Virus record (IMG/VR): IMGVR_UViG_3300030104_003872
Location: 11,291 to 75,290 of that record
DNA length: 64,000 nt
Reading direction: 5' to 3' (one strand)
Source of the DNA: a virus
Below the pieces are notes generated by a model. The model had not been told where the DNA came from. It saw only the letters and a program-made list of their open reading frames with translations, and made no database searches. This document shows positions 22,076 through 31,086 of the stretch, piece after piece (the first letter of the stretch is position 1; each line of letters begins with the position of its first letter). Position numbers and translations under genes: made by a program.

Positions 22076-22112
22076 CCTACCCCTACAGCGAGGTAGGCCA
22101 AGAGGCCGGGAG

Positions 22113-22460
22113 GTGAAAAATCTGGAAACTGAGAATTACTGGGAGAACTGCGAGAGAAAGACAGGAGCGGCGCTCGGAAAGTTGGGAGTCAAGACCGCCA
22201 AGAGTATTGGCGTAAAAGGAGCATGGACTCTAAAATACCGAGGCAAGGCAAAAATACTCGTTGGTTGCATGAGGAGAGTTGAATCCGAGTGGGCTGACAA
22301 GAGTATTCTGAACGAGAAAAAGGACAGAGTTGCTGAGCACGTTACAGTCTGTGAGCACGGAGTGGCAGTTGGAGCATCCACGAGAAAGGTTGCGATAGAG
22401 CTGGCTAAGAAATCCGAGCACTGGTGCGAGAAGTGTGCCGCGAGAACCGCCGTCCTTTGA
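22113..22460 (+). CDS. C/H-W family protein, copy 2
   Basis: GAWTLK.R.KA...VGC and VCEHG...GASTRKVAIELAK..EHWCEKC; start uncertain (GTG 22113 or CTG 22122). Confidence 0.75.
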   Translation: MKNLETENYWENCERKTGAALGKLGVKTAKSIGVKGAWTLKYRGKAKILVGCMRRVESEWADKSILNEKKDRVAEHVTVCEHGVAVGASTRKVAIELAKKSEHWCEKCAARTAVL

Positions 22461-22970
22461 GACGCGACGTAAATCCAATGACCCCCGAAAGGGGCGAGGA
22501 TGTACTCTCTGGGGTCACGACTCTCTAGTATTGAGGCTCGACCCTATTTGCACAAAGGTCGGGGGGTCACGACTCCGCCCCTTCTCGACCCTAAACGCAC
22601 AAAGGTCAGAAGCCTCCGGGTCCGCCCCAGAGAGAGAAGGCTCGATTCTCACTCATCTTAACCCCTAACCCGAGAACTCGAGCGTTTCTCCGTGTGCGGG
22701 CGGGCGAGCGAGTACTCAAATGTATGACATAAAAGGACCCTGAGCCGACGGGTCACGCCCCACGACTCACTGCTCATCACGACACGCATCTCAGGAGAGG
22801 AGCACGTTTTTTTAGTGGGAGCACAGGTCACCAGAGCCCCCCTACTCTACACGAGCGGACCCTAGAAGGCTTGAGCCCCTCAGGAATCTCGTGGGTGATG
22901 AGCTCCGGCAGGTATTTCTCCCACCAGAGCCTTTACGTCATCTCGAATAACTATCTCGGGGATAGAATAC

Positions 22971-23378
22971 TCAGACGCTCGCATCCTTGATGCTCTGTCT
23001 TGATTTCTCACACCAGATGTGAGCCAGTTTGCATAGCTCGATTGCTTTCTTTCTCGATGATGCTCCCATCACTGACCCATAGTCTGTGACCGCAACATGA
23101 GTTGGTGCAACCATCTCGCCATTTACGAGAATGGTCATGCCTTTGGTCGCTTCGGTAACTTGCTCATCCGCGTTCTCCACGAAAATGCAACCGACCCGAC
23201 ATCCAGCCTTCCTTCTCATCTTCAAAGTCCATGCTCCGGCTCTTCCGATGGTTCTCGCAGTCTTGGCTCCGTCCTTGCCGAGATGTGCTCCAGTTGAAAC
23301 TGTTGCTCCATCCCAATACATGGTCGGGGTTTTCTCTGCTTTACTGCTCTTCTTAGTGCTCTTACTAGTTTTGCTCAT
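22971..23378 (-). CDS. C/H-W family protein, copy 3
   Basis: GAWTLKMRRKAGCRVGC and GASSRKKAIELCK..HIWCEKS; clearly paralogous to 22113. Confidence 0.8.
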   Translation of the reverse strand: MSKTSKSTKKSSKAEKTPTMYWDGATVSTGAHLGKDGAKTARTIGRAGAWTLKMRRKAGCRVGCIFVENADEQVTEATKGMTILVNGEMVAPTHVAVTDYGSVMGASSRKKAIELCKLAHIWCEKSRQSIKDASV

Positions 23379-23480
23379 AAAGTTCTCCTCCTTGTCTCCA
23401 ATACGTGTCTCCGAGTCACGGTAAGGTTCTCATTCAATGTCATTCTCATCGTCCGCCCTACATGACCAGATAGAAGTTAT

Positions 23481-23608
23481 AGGATATAAAGTTTTCGGAC
23501 TCTTGAGTTAGACCGCCCTCACCGTGAGAGTAGTGGAGAAGTCGTAATGTTTTCACTCGAGTTGTCGATGCCTACGTAAAAGAGAACAGGGAGGCAATTC
23601 TCCGCCCC
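23481..23608. promoter_or_regulatory. composite intergenic module 1
   Basis: Minus-strand TATA 23481-90, ACTCTTGAGT 23499, ACTCGAGTTGTCGATG 23555, AAAAG 23578, TCCGCCCC 23601. Confidence 0.8.
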
Positions 23609-23612
23609 TGTC

Positions 23613-24041
23613 TCAATCTCTTCTAGTTTGACCATATAGCCGAGATTCAAATGCTTGCTCGGCTTGTTTCTCTAGTCTCTGTACTTCTGCGTGCTCGTCA
23701 ATTTTCTCTAGTACCTCTGCCACATCTTTCTCGGCCTGTCTCTTATTGTATATCTCCCAAACTTTGTCGGTTACGTTTCTCTTAACCATTTCTCCGAAGT
23801 GTCTCCATTGTCCCTCGTTTATGATATCTCTAGTCTTGTCATCAGTCAATGACCCAAGACCCATGTGTGATAATTTCTCCATTAGAGAATCTATTACGAC
23901 CGGACTGTCATGGAGTTTATCGTACTCTATTGAGTATATTTTGTCTATCTCATTTATTGTGAGTACGTCATCGGTATTTCTCCGGAGGTCTAATCTCCAA
24001 CCTCTGCTGAAATAGGTCCATTTTATCTCAGAGTATGACAC
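23613..24041 (-). CDS. hypothetical early protein
   Basis: Lies between modules 1 and 2; GTG start next to the upstream stop. Confidence 0.6.
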   Translation of the reverse strand: MSYSEIKWTYFSRGWRLDLRRNTDDVLTINEIDKIYSIEYDKLHDSPVVIDSLMEKLSHMGLGSLTDDKTRDIINEGQWRHFGEMVKRNVTDKVWEIYNKRQAEKDVAEVLEKIDEHAEVQRLEKQAEQAFESRLYGQTRRD

Positions 24042-24188
24042 CTATCTCCACCAACAGTCGAAATGTTCAGGCTCAATCGTTTCCTTCTCGGACTTGGTGG
24101 CTCCTTTCTTAACGAGAACCACTCGCCCCTTAAAGAGTTTATTAGCCAACTCTTTTGTTATCTCATATTCATTACTTCTCAATTTCAT
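24042..24188 (-). CDS. hypothetical protein (48 aa, not in ORF track)
   Basis: AAAGGTGA RBS; MKLRSNEYEITKELANK...CWWR*; first gene after the module 2 promoter. Confidence 0.5.
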   Translation of the reverse strand: MKLRSNEYEITKELANKLFKGRVVLVKKGATKSEKETIEPEHFDCWWR

Positions 24189-24242
24189 TTCTCTATTTCA
24201 CCTTTCCTCGGCCTTCCGGCCTACTCTGAGGATGGAAGTCAT

Positions 24243-24346
24243 AGGATATAAACATTTCTGACTCTTGAGTTGTCGCGTGTAGCGTAATAATTTACTCGAG
24301 TTGTCGATGACTACACAAAAGGTCTTGCTCTTGACGACTCCGCCCC
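24243..24346. promoter_or_regulatory. composite intergenic module 2
   Basis: TATA 24243-52, ACTCTTGAGT 24261, ACTCGAGTTGTCGATG 24294, AAAAG 24317, TCCGCCCC 24339. Confidence 0.8.
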
Positions 24347-24382
24347 AACTCTACCGCGTGAGGCAAAGGGGGTATCTCGCAA

Positions 24383-25195
24383 TCACTCGTAATGCGGAGA
24401 ATCCGCGTACTCGTAAAGACCAGTTATAGGTTCGACCTTATAGAAGTGCTCTTTTGCACAGACCCATCCGGTCGGTGTATATCCCTCGGGATAAGTCGAA
24501 CTAACTGTCTCGTCACCGCCTAGAGATTCCCAATCCGGCTCCCATTGTGCTCCATTCGCTCGCCTGTCTTTTATCTCTTGTAACCATTGTATTCTCTTAA
24601 GTTCTCTGAGAACGGCATAGGCTTCTCGGAATGTATTAAGTGGTCCGAGGAAAGCATCGTGGCTCACAATAGAGCGATACCATCCGCCCTCCTCTGGTCC
24701 GCCGTATGCTCTTACTTTCTCGTACCTGCTCACATATATTTGGTCGCCGTGATTCTTCTCCCAATAACCTTCCTCGGGGAAGAAATCGTACTCACCTTCT
24801 TTGAGCAGATATAGTTTCTCCATACCTGAGCCAGCGTAATGCCATCTCTGATAGTCCCACTGCTCTTTGCGGTACTCGTAAAGTGTAACGAGCCAGTCGC
24901 CGTTGATACTCTGATATTTATCTCCTATTCGCTCAGGAAGACCATTTTCGTCTTGTTCTCTGCAATATTGCTCAAACGCCTGTTGCTCAGTCTGATGTCG
25001 AATTCTCTTCTGCTTGTGCTCACGCCTTGACTCGCTATGCTTTAGGTCATAGACCCAAGCACGAGTGGATAGCAATGTTCTCGCTAAACCGGTCAGTTCT
25101 GCATTCTCTTCAAAACTTCTCTTTTCGTCGTATAATTCTTTCTCTTTCTCGTAATCTGTCATATTTTTCTCACCTCCCTTATGGTCTGACTCCAT
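24383..25195 (-). CDS. hypothetical early protein (YGGPEEGGW motif)
   Basis: Long ORF; GGAGGTGA precedes an internal Met (about 25162), which is the likely true start. Confidence 0.65.
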   Translation of the reverse strand: MESDHKGGEKNMTDYEKEKELYDEKRSFEENAELTGLARTLLSTRAWVYDLKHSESRREHKQKRIRHQTEQQAFEQYCREQDENGLPERIGDKYQSINGDWLVTLYEYRKEQWDYQRWHYAGSGMEKLYLLKEGEYDFFPEEGYWEKNHGDQIYVSRYEKVRAYGGPEEGGWYRSIVSHDAFLGPLNTFREAYAVLRELKRIQWLQEIKDRRANGAQWEPDWESLGGDETVSSTYPEGYTPTGWVCAKEHFYKVEPITGLYEYADSPHYE

Positions 25196-25213
25196 TTCAT
25201 TGTATTCTCTTGA

Positions 25214-25570
25214 TTATAACTCATTAACTGCATCTCTTAATTCGACTTCATTGGCTATTCGAGTTGCTTCTCGATGTGCCTTTAATCTCCGGATGTAACT
25301 CCTATCTTCTTTCTCTAATGTATCGAACTCTTCACCTGCGAATCTCGCATAGTTGGTCAATAATGCGTGGAGATTAATACGATGCACTCCGCAACTATAT
25401 CTCATTAGTTTTAACGAGTGCCTATCTCCCTTCATGGGAGATGATTGCATCTCTAATAGTTCGACCTGTAAGTCAAACTCTTTCATTTTCTCTAGTAACT
25501 CTTTCTGTAACTCAACTGCTCTAATCATAGAGTTTATGAGTTCCATTTCTTCATCCTCCGTTTCCGCCAT
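25214..25570 (-). CDS. hypothetical helical protein (leaderless)
   Basis: ATG about 20 nt downstream of the module 3 TATA. Confidence 0.65.
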   Translation of the reverse strand: MAETEDEEMELINSMIRAVELQKELLEKMKEFDLQVELLEMQSSPMKGDRHSLKLMRYSCGVHRINLHALLTNYARFAGEEFDTLEKEDRSYIRRLKAHREATRIANEVELRDAVNEL

Positions 25571-25589
25571 GTAGAGGTATAGGGGTTCT

Positions 25590-25693
25590 AGGTATTAAAC
25601 CTTTCTAACTCCTGAGTATCCTCAGAGAATGATAGATTTACTCGAGTTGTCGATGGGTTGGTAAAAGAGAATAGGATTGTGAATCTCCGCCCC
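25590..25693. promoter_or_regulatory. composite intergenic module 3
   Basis: TATA 25590-99, ACTCCTGAGT 25608, ACTCGAGTTGTCGATG 25640, AAAAG 25663, TCCGCCCC 25686. Confidence 0.8.
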
Positions 25694-25699
25694 ACACGA

Positions 25700-26176
25700 C
25701 TAGTAATTAAAATCGGTCAGGGGAAAGTCATTCTCTTCGACTATCCTTTCGTTGTTCTCAAAGAACTTCCTCACATGCTCAAGACCTATCAGATGGGCTC
25801 TACCGGACTTACTTCTATTGTCGATAACTGATGGGTCATCTGCAAACTGCTCGTTCAGTATGCTCAGATATAATCTCTTAGCCACATCATACTCTTGAGG
25901 TTTCCATAATAAGACCTCTTCTGTCTCGACATATCTTTGCTCAGTTCTAAATCGAGTGTTGATTCGCTCTAATTGCTCATCATCCATGATTTCTCTGCTT
26001 CTGAGCAGAATAAAACCATGCTCATGATGACCTAGTTCCTCGTCATAACTCTTATTCACAGACCATATTAAATCTCTTAATTCAGATTTCTCTTCACCAG
26101 TTCTGCTCATCCATGAACGAGCAAGTGATTGTGGTGTCGTGTGTCGCCACTCTGTACGTGACCTGACCAAAATCAT
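25700..26176 (-). CDS. hypothetical early protein
   Basis: ORF in the minus-strand operon; true start may lie further upstream, near GGAGGTGA at about 26225. Confidence 0.55.
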   Translation of the reverse strand: MILVRSRTEWRHTTPQSLARSWMSRTGEEKSELRDLIWSVNKSYDEELGHHEHGFILLRSREIMDDEQLERINTRFRTEQRYVETEEVLLWKPQEYDVAKRLYLSILNEQFADDPSVIDNRSKSGRAHLIGLEHVRKFFENNERIVEENDFPLTDFNY

Positions 26177-26256
26177 CCTGTCCTCTGATATTTTATACTC
26201 GTATTCGTCTATCTCTATTCACCTCCTTTAGACTCCAAATCTCCCATCTATGAATC

Positions 26257-26595
26257 TCATTGCAGAGAACTTTCCTTCTCTTGCTTTTGCATCTCGTACA
26301 TCATCTTTCTCCCTTCTATACGAGCCTTCCACATAGAGATACCAAAACTCATTGCTTGTTGTCTCTTTTCCATATCCTCATCAAACGGGTCCATACCCAT
26401 TCTCGCGGGTAAGACCATAGTGGCGTCGCATAAGTCGCAACATCTCGAATCGAAATCTTTTGGGTCAGCAAGGAGTGGGTAGGGATTATTACCCATGTAT
26501 TCTCCGGTCTTGAATAATAACTCGTTGGTATGAGGGTGTCTTGGTCCCTTAATCTCTTTCTTACAGAGACAACACTTAAGATTACTCTTCCTCAT
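26257..26595 (-). CDS. Zn-finger protein
   Basis: CCLC...GNNPYP...RCCDLCD..V.PAR. Confidence 0.65.
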   Translation of the reverse strand: MRKSNLKCCLCKKEIKGPRHPHTNELLFKTGEYMGNNPYPLLADPKDFDSRCCDLCDATMVLPARMGMDPFDEDMEKRQQAMSFGISMWKARIEGRKMMYEMQKQEKESSLQ

Positions 26596-26779
26596 CGTTG
26601 ATTGCTCCTTCTAATAGTCGTCGAATGACACTAGGGTCAATAGCAGACTCTTTGATAAGAGCCATAAACTCTTCGGCCGTTTGACCTGTTGCTACCGTTT
26701 CGCCTGTCTCTTTGCTTACAACTCTGAATAAAGGAGCATCCGCACCCGCATTCTCTGTCTCTACATCAATTACGGTCAT
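26582..26779 (-). CDS. hypothetical protein
   Basis: AGGAGTG RBS; coupled to the next gene. Confidence 0.55.
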   Translation of the reverse strand: MTVIDVETENAGADAPLFRVVSKETGETVATGQTAEEFMALIKESAIDPSVIRRLLEGAINDEEE

Positions 26780-26939
26780 ACTTATGCACTCCTAGCCTCA
26801 TACTGTTTTTTGGTCAGTCCATACCTTCTCAGGTAATATTTGTCGTTCATCTCTTCAATCATATTTCTCATCTTGTTGCTCATCTTCTATTCGCTCCTGT
26901 TTCATGTGGGCTCGCCACGCTAATATCTCTATATGTATT

Positions 26940-27104
26940 TTACTCATCTACTTTCCTCCTTATCCTTAAATACTCATGGCAGGGCTCGCAAAGAGTTGCA
27001 CTCTCACCTGCCCGACCTGAATGGAAATCAGTCGGCATATTACCGACAACCCACCATGACTCGGCATGGAATAAGTCGTCACCACATTGGTCGCAATAGG
27101 TCAT
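26940..27104 (-). CDS. small Zn-ribbon protein (not in ORF track)
   Basis: MTYCDQC...LCEPCHE; ATGA overlap with a small leaderless ORF at 27101-27232. Confidence 0.45.
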   Translation of the reverse strand: MTYCDQCGDDLFHAESWWVVGNMPTDFHSGRAGESATLCEPCHEYLRIRRKVDE

Positions 27105-27251
27105 TCTAAATCATACTCCTCATATACCCACTCTGGGGTTTCTAGTCGAAACTTGAATCTGGTCACCAAGAGTTTATTCCGTAGTCGGGAATACTTAACT
27201 CGGGTGATGTTTCCATCGTCGCCGTCCGCCATATCTACCAATTATCGTCTT

Positions 27252-27376
27252 AGGATATAAAGGTTTTGGACTCTTGAGTTATGGTGTATTTTAACTCGAG
27301 TTGTAGGTTATAGTAGTAAAAGGTTCGGTAGAGCACTACTCCGCCCCAACTCAAGAGTTGGAAAGGTTTATATTCT
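27252..27376. promoter_or_regulatory. composite intergenic module 4 (divergent promoters)
   Basis: Minus TATA 27252-61 with ACTCTTGAGT 27270; ACTCGAGTTGT 27294; AAAAG 27318; TCCGCCCC 27340; ACTCAAGAGT 27349 with plus TATA 27367. Confidence 0.8.
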
Positions 27377-27425
27377 AGTTAGATGATTCCCTCATGTAGC
27401 GGAAGCACAGGAGACATCAGATAAA

Positions 27426-28127
27426 ATGAGTGAAAATGAAAACAGAGTAATTGAACAAGAGACAGAGCGTGAAGCAGGTAAGAGTATAACCCTGACCTTC
27501 ACACCTATCGGAGCAATCATAGATTCCGAGAAAGAAAGCAAAGTACAAGAGCAAGATGAAAATGCAGACCTGTTCTTTATGAGAAGTATCAACACGACCT
27601 TCGGGTTCAAGATGTTGAGAAACTCATGGGATAGTGAGCACGACATCAAAGCAGGAGCAACTGAGACTAATACCAAGAGTACAAATGGACTAAGAATCGG
27701 AGATACAACCGTGACGAGTTTCATAACATCAGAGTTGGAGTGGTTCAAAGAGGCACTAATGCCTCTGCTTATCGACCAAAGTGATGTGGAGATAATCCAG
27801 ACCACTAAGGAAGAGATAGTAATAGTTGAGCCACTAGGCAGATACGAGCACTTCGGTTGGGACGAGACACCAGAGTGGGCTGATGAAAGAGTAACCCTCG
27901 AATACATCGACCTTCGTAATGGTAAGGCCTCTATTCTCGTACAAGGCGAGACAGGTTCTGACCTTCAAGGGGATGAGGTGAACGAGGCAGTTAAGGGCTA
28001 CCACGATATGCTTATGAGTACCATCAGAAGTATGACCTGCACAGACGAGAATGAATATAGCAGAGATTGTAAGAGTTTGCTTAAAGTGGAGTCTCATAGA
28101 GTTTGCGACACATCCTTCTTGAATTGA
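27426..28127 (+). CDS. hypothetical acidic protein
   Basis: Follows the module 4 plus-strand promoter; AGGAG RBS. Confidence 0.7.
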   Translation: MSENENRVIEQETEREAGKSITLTFTPIGAIIDSEKESKVQEQDENADLFFMRSINTTFGFKMLRNSWDSEHDIKAGATETNTKSTNGLRIGDTTVTSFITSELEWFKEALMPLLIDQSDVEIIQTTKEEIVIVEPLGRYEHFGWDETPEWADERVTLEYIDLRNGKASILVQGETGSDLQGDEVNEAVKGYHDMLMSTIRSMTCTDENEYSRDCKSLLKVESHRVCDTSFLN

Positions 28128-28245
28128 GTTCTTTGGGGGAGAGAACTTCGTAAGCCTCGGCGTGGGTAAATCTCACGCTGAGGTGAAACATCTTATGCTC
28201 TCAGTAGGAGGAACGATAGGATGACAGACCTGAAACTTCGAGGGG

Positions 28246-29445
28246 GTGATGAGAATGTCAGATGAAAGAGGATTAATACCTTACTCTAACAAAGAAGAGA
28301 TGATTCTCGCTATGCAAGATTTGTCGGATGAAATGCTTAAGGTAGGTCACGATAATGTGGAAGAGTTCCTAGCACTCGTAAAACAAGAGATGTGGGATAG
28401 AGAACACGCTATGGTGGTCACATACAATGAAGAGTTCAAAGAAAAGTGGGCTCATGTATTCGACTTATTTAACGAAGGTTGGTCTATATTAAGAGAACTA
28501 TACCAAATATGCGAGGACTATGATGGAGATAATAATTTTATCACAGAGAAGAATGAGCATCCGAATTATCCTCATTGCGAGTTAGAAAAGGCTTGGGTCG
28601 TAAGATACGAGTCATTTTTAGCAAGAGCAAAAGATATGCCTAGTCGTGGTTATACACATGAGGGACCATATGGAACTCTAGTATTCAGAGAAGAATATCT
28701 AAAAGAGTTGGATTTAGAGTCTTATTGGGCGACTACATATTCAACGGAGATAGCAAGGAGATTGGAGCCTAAAGAGAAGGACTTAAAGTATGGTCTTACT
28801 TTTGCTCATTATCCTACAGACCCTTTCAAAGAGGAAGAGGAATACATCGAAGATTGGAGCAGATACAAATATGTTAGAGATACTAAGATAGAGGCCTTTG
28901 ATAAAGTCGTATATTTCTTGAGAAATGTTATGGTTAAGTCGGAGACAAAGGATATAAGACCTTCACAAAACGACGATTGGAAAACCAATGAGCTCAAACA
29001 CTATAATCTCGAAACACATCAGTTAGAGAGACCTTTAGAGTGGAAGATAATAGAGGATGAGCAGATAGTGGGTGCTATTTACGGTAGAGGTAGGAGCGAT
29101 AATAAATATGCGACTTGTTTCGACTGTGATGAAAATGGTCGAAATAGATTAGCCGTGAGAACATATTACGAGCGTGGGTATCAAGAGATGCCAGGAGCTC
29201 CTGTTCATGCTACATGCGAGTACTTTACTTGTATGAGATGTGGAAGTGAGCGTAAAGGTGGAGAACATGGAGATTTCCCTGTTGGTGGAGTTGACTTAAT
29301 AGGTCAGCCACTCTTTGCAGGTATGAGCACAGAAGAAGTATGTCGTCAATGCTCATGTTATACTACCAAACAGTACGGTGGTAGCGGAGAACGAGGAAGC
29401 GATAGGGAGTGTTGGGCTTGCTATGGAGAACCCGGTCATTACTAG
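28246..29445 (+). CDS. hypothetical protein with C-terminal CxxC pairs
   Basis: CFDC, CMRC, CRQC and CWAC; GGGGGTGA RBS. Confidence 0.7.
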   Translation: MMRMSDERGLIPYSNKEEMILAMQDLSDEMLKVGHDNVEEFLALVKQEMWDREHAMVVTYNEEFKEKWAHVFDLFNEGWSILRELYQICEDYDGDNNFITEKNEHPNYPHCELEKAWVVRYESFLARAKDMPSRGYTHEGPYGTLVFREEYLKELDLESYWATTYSTEIARRLEPKEKDLKYGLTFAHYPTDPFKEEEEYIEDWSRYKYVRDTKIEAFDKVVYFLRNVMVKSETKDIRPSQNDDWKTNELKHYNLETHQLERPLEWKIIEDEQIVGAIYGRGRSDNKYATCFDCDENGRNRLAVRTYYERGYQEMPGAPVHATCEYFTCMRCGSERKGGEHGDFPVGGVDLIGQPLFAGMSTEEVCRQCSCYTTKQYGGSGERGSDRECWACYGEPGHY

Positions 29446-29519
29446 ACAGGTCTGGTGGTAGAGATACCGCCATTCCTCTCACTCTAAGATAAAAGAAAAG
29501 AGCGCTCCTCTCTCCGCCC

Positions 29520-29820
29520 CTTGAGAGAAGAAGGTGGTGGGTCTAGATTGCAGTATGCCTACCCAGCAATGTCTCCCCGACCCACCGAAAGGAGTATTAG
29601 GTGGAGGCTTATCCGACTTGTTACCGCCTGTTTTAGACTCACTTCCTCGTTGCATTTCTGCCTCTTTCGAGATAAGGGTAGTGTGCGGCTCGGTTACGGT
29701 TTGGTCTACCACCTGTTTATGTAGACTCGCCCCCTTTTTGTATGCTCCGTCATGTACCCGTTCTCATGGTGGACGGAGCCACACCATGTGGTCGTTTCGT
29801 GCGGAAGAACGCTCGAATTG
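29520..29820. ncRNA. candidate multi-hairpin structured RNA or long 3' UTR
   Basis: Stems GGTGGGTC/GACCCACC, GTCTAC/GTAGAC and GCTCCGTC/GACGGAGC, CTC-GAAA-GAG (minus); U-tract at the minus-strand 3' end. Confidence 0.4.
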
Positions 29821-29821
29821 T

Positions 29822-30301
29822 CTAAGCAGTCGCTTTAACTTCTGTCTCTGTGACTTCTGTCTCAGCCTCTGCCGTTGCTTTAGCCTCTTCCTCGGCTTTC
29901 GCCTTAGCCTCGGCTAATTTCTCCACTATCTTTTGAGCCTTGTTGCTCCATGTGGCCGGATGTCTCGCTAGTTCGAGTGCCTTTTTCCTTGAAGTTGCTC
30001 CGTGCTTCTGGAGAATCTTCATTTTTAGGTCTTTTGCTCCCTTTTCGTGAGTTCCTGTGATAACGACTGTATGCTTGTCTGGTCTGTTACAGATAGGCTC
30101 GTCAGATGCCTCGGTTAAGTAAATTCTCACTTGCATACCTCCAATCTCCTGACAACCCTTCTCACGCCACAATCCTCTGATGCCGTAAAGGTCAACATTA
30201 GAGTGTCCGTGTGTTTCTGTATCTCCCTTAGACCACTTTGGGATAGGTTTCTCATCTTCTGTGGTCTTTGATTCTGATTTAGTCTCTTTCTTTGTGCTCA
30301 T
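29822..30301 (-). CDS. C/H-W family protein, copy 4 (Cys-degenerate)
   Basis: HTVVI...HGATSRKKALELARHPATWSNKA; GGAGGTGA RBS. Confidence 0.7.
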   Translation of the reverse strand: MSTKKETKSESKTTEDEKPIPKWSKGDTETHGHSNVDLYGIRGLWREKGCQEIGGMQVRIYLTEASDEPICNRPDKHTVVITGTHEKGAKDLKMKILQKHGATSRKKALELARHPATWSNKAQKIVEKLAEAKAKAEEEAKATAEAETEVTETEVKATA

Positions 30302-30365
30302 AACATTTCACCTCCTCGGGGTTTCGCAGTCCTCCCGCTTCGCATATCTACAACTACATTTATCT

Positions 30366-30533
30366 AGTATATATAATGTTCTAACTCTTGAGTTGTGCTT
30401 GAGTTGTAGCCTACTGCCTTACTACTAGAGTAGATACTACGCGTGTAGTGAGTGAGTGCTCTTATTATTGGTAAAAGATTCGGTAGAGGTATTCTCCCGC
30501 CCGTAACTCGTGAGATGGAAACATTTATGTGCC
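30366..30533. promoter_or_regulatory. composite intergenic module 5 (divergent promoters)
   Basis: Minus TATA 30366-75 with ACTCTTGAGT 30384; AAAAG 30473 and TCCCGCCC 30495; ACTCGTGAGA 30506 with TTTATGT 30524. Confidence 0.75.
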
Positions 30534-30594
30534 GTCAAGATATATTAGTAGATATGTACGGTACGACGATAAGTTTTACACAGGAGGCTGAATA

Positions 30595-31023
30595 ATGAAA
30601 TGCGAGGCAATGGGGTGCGACAGCGAGGCTACGCTTATGTGTCACCAGAGTTACTTATGCGAGGGTTGTGGTGTTGAGATGGCGAAGGCGACAGGCCACG
30701 ATACTCAACCTATTATACTGTCGTCTGTACTCAAAACTATGAGTGAAGAAGAAAAGGAGTTTCTTGACCCACTTACTGTTCTTGTCGATGACGAAGAGCA
30801 TGACCACCGCACATTTGATTTACAAGATGTCGGTACAATTGACCACATAGTACCTACTAATGGTTTGACCATATTCCATGAGCCTATTGTCATGGCGAGG
30901 TGCGTTCATTGTGAGGCATACGCTATCGGTCATATCAACAAGGTAGGAGGTTGGTTCGCGAGACACCAACACTACCACACGCACGCAGAGGCAAATGATG
31001 ACGACTTTGCCATGCCGTCGTGA
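30595..31023 (+). CDS. Zn-finger protein
   Basis: CEAMGC...C...LCEGC and RCVHC...WF..H..YH; AGGAGG RBS. Confidence 0.65.
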   Translation: MKCEAMGCDSEATLMCHQSYLCEGCGVEMAKATGHDTQPIILSSVLKTMSEEEKEFLDPLTVLVDDEEHDHRTFDLQDVGTIDHIVPTNGLTIFHEPIVMARCVHCEAYAIGHINKVGGWFARHQHYHTHAEANDDDFAMPS

Positions 31024-31043
31024 GTTCAAAAACTTTATATCCT
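31016..31043 (+). promoter_or_regulatory. early promoter (degenerate palindrome CGTCGTGAGT, 8 nt, TTTATATCCT)
   Basis: Same spacing as the other early promoters. Confidence 0.65.
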
Positions 31044-31086
31044 AGAATTAATTATTGGTAGTATAGCGGAAGCGGAGGAAAGTATA

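Noticed and set aside
23481-30533. CRISPR array or integron attC interpretation of the intergenic repeats
   Set aside because: Repeats are 0.7-3 kb apart and separated by whole genes; no regular spacers, no attC-like hairpins and no integrase in the window
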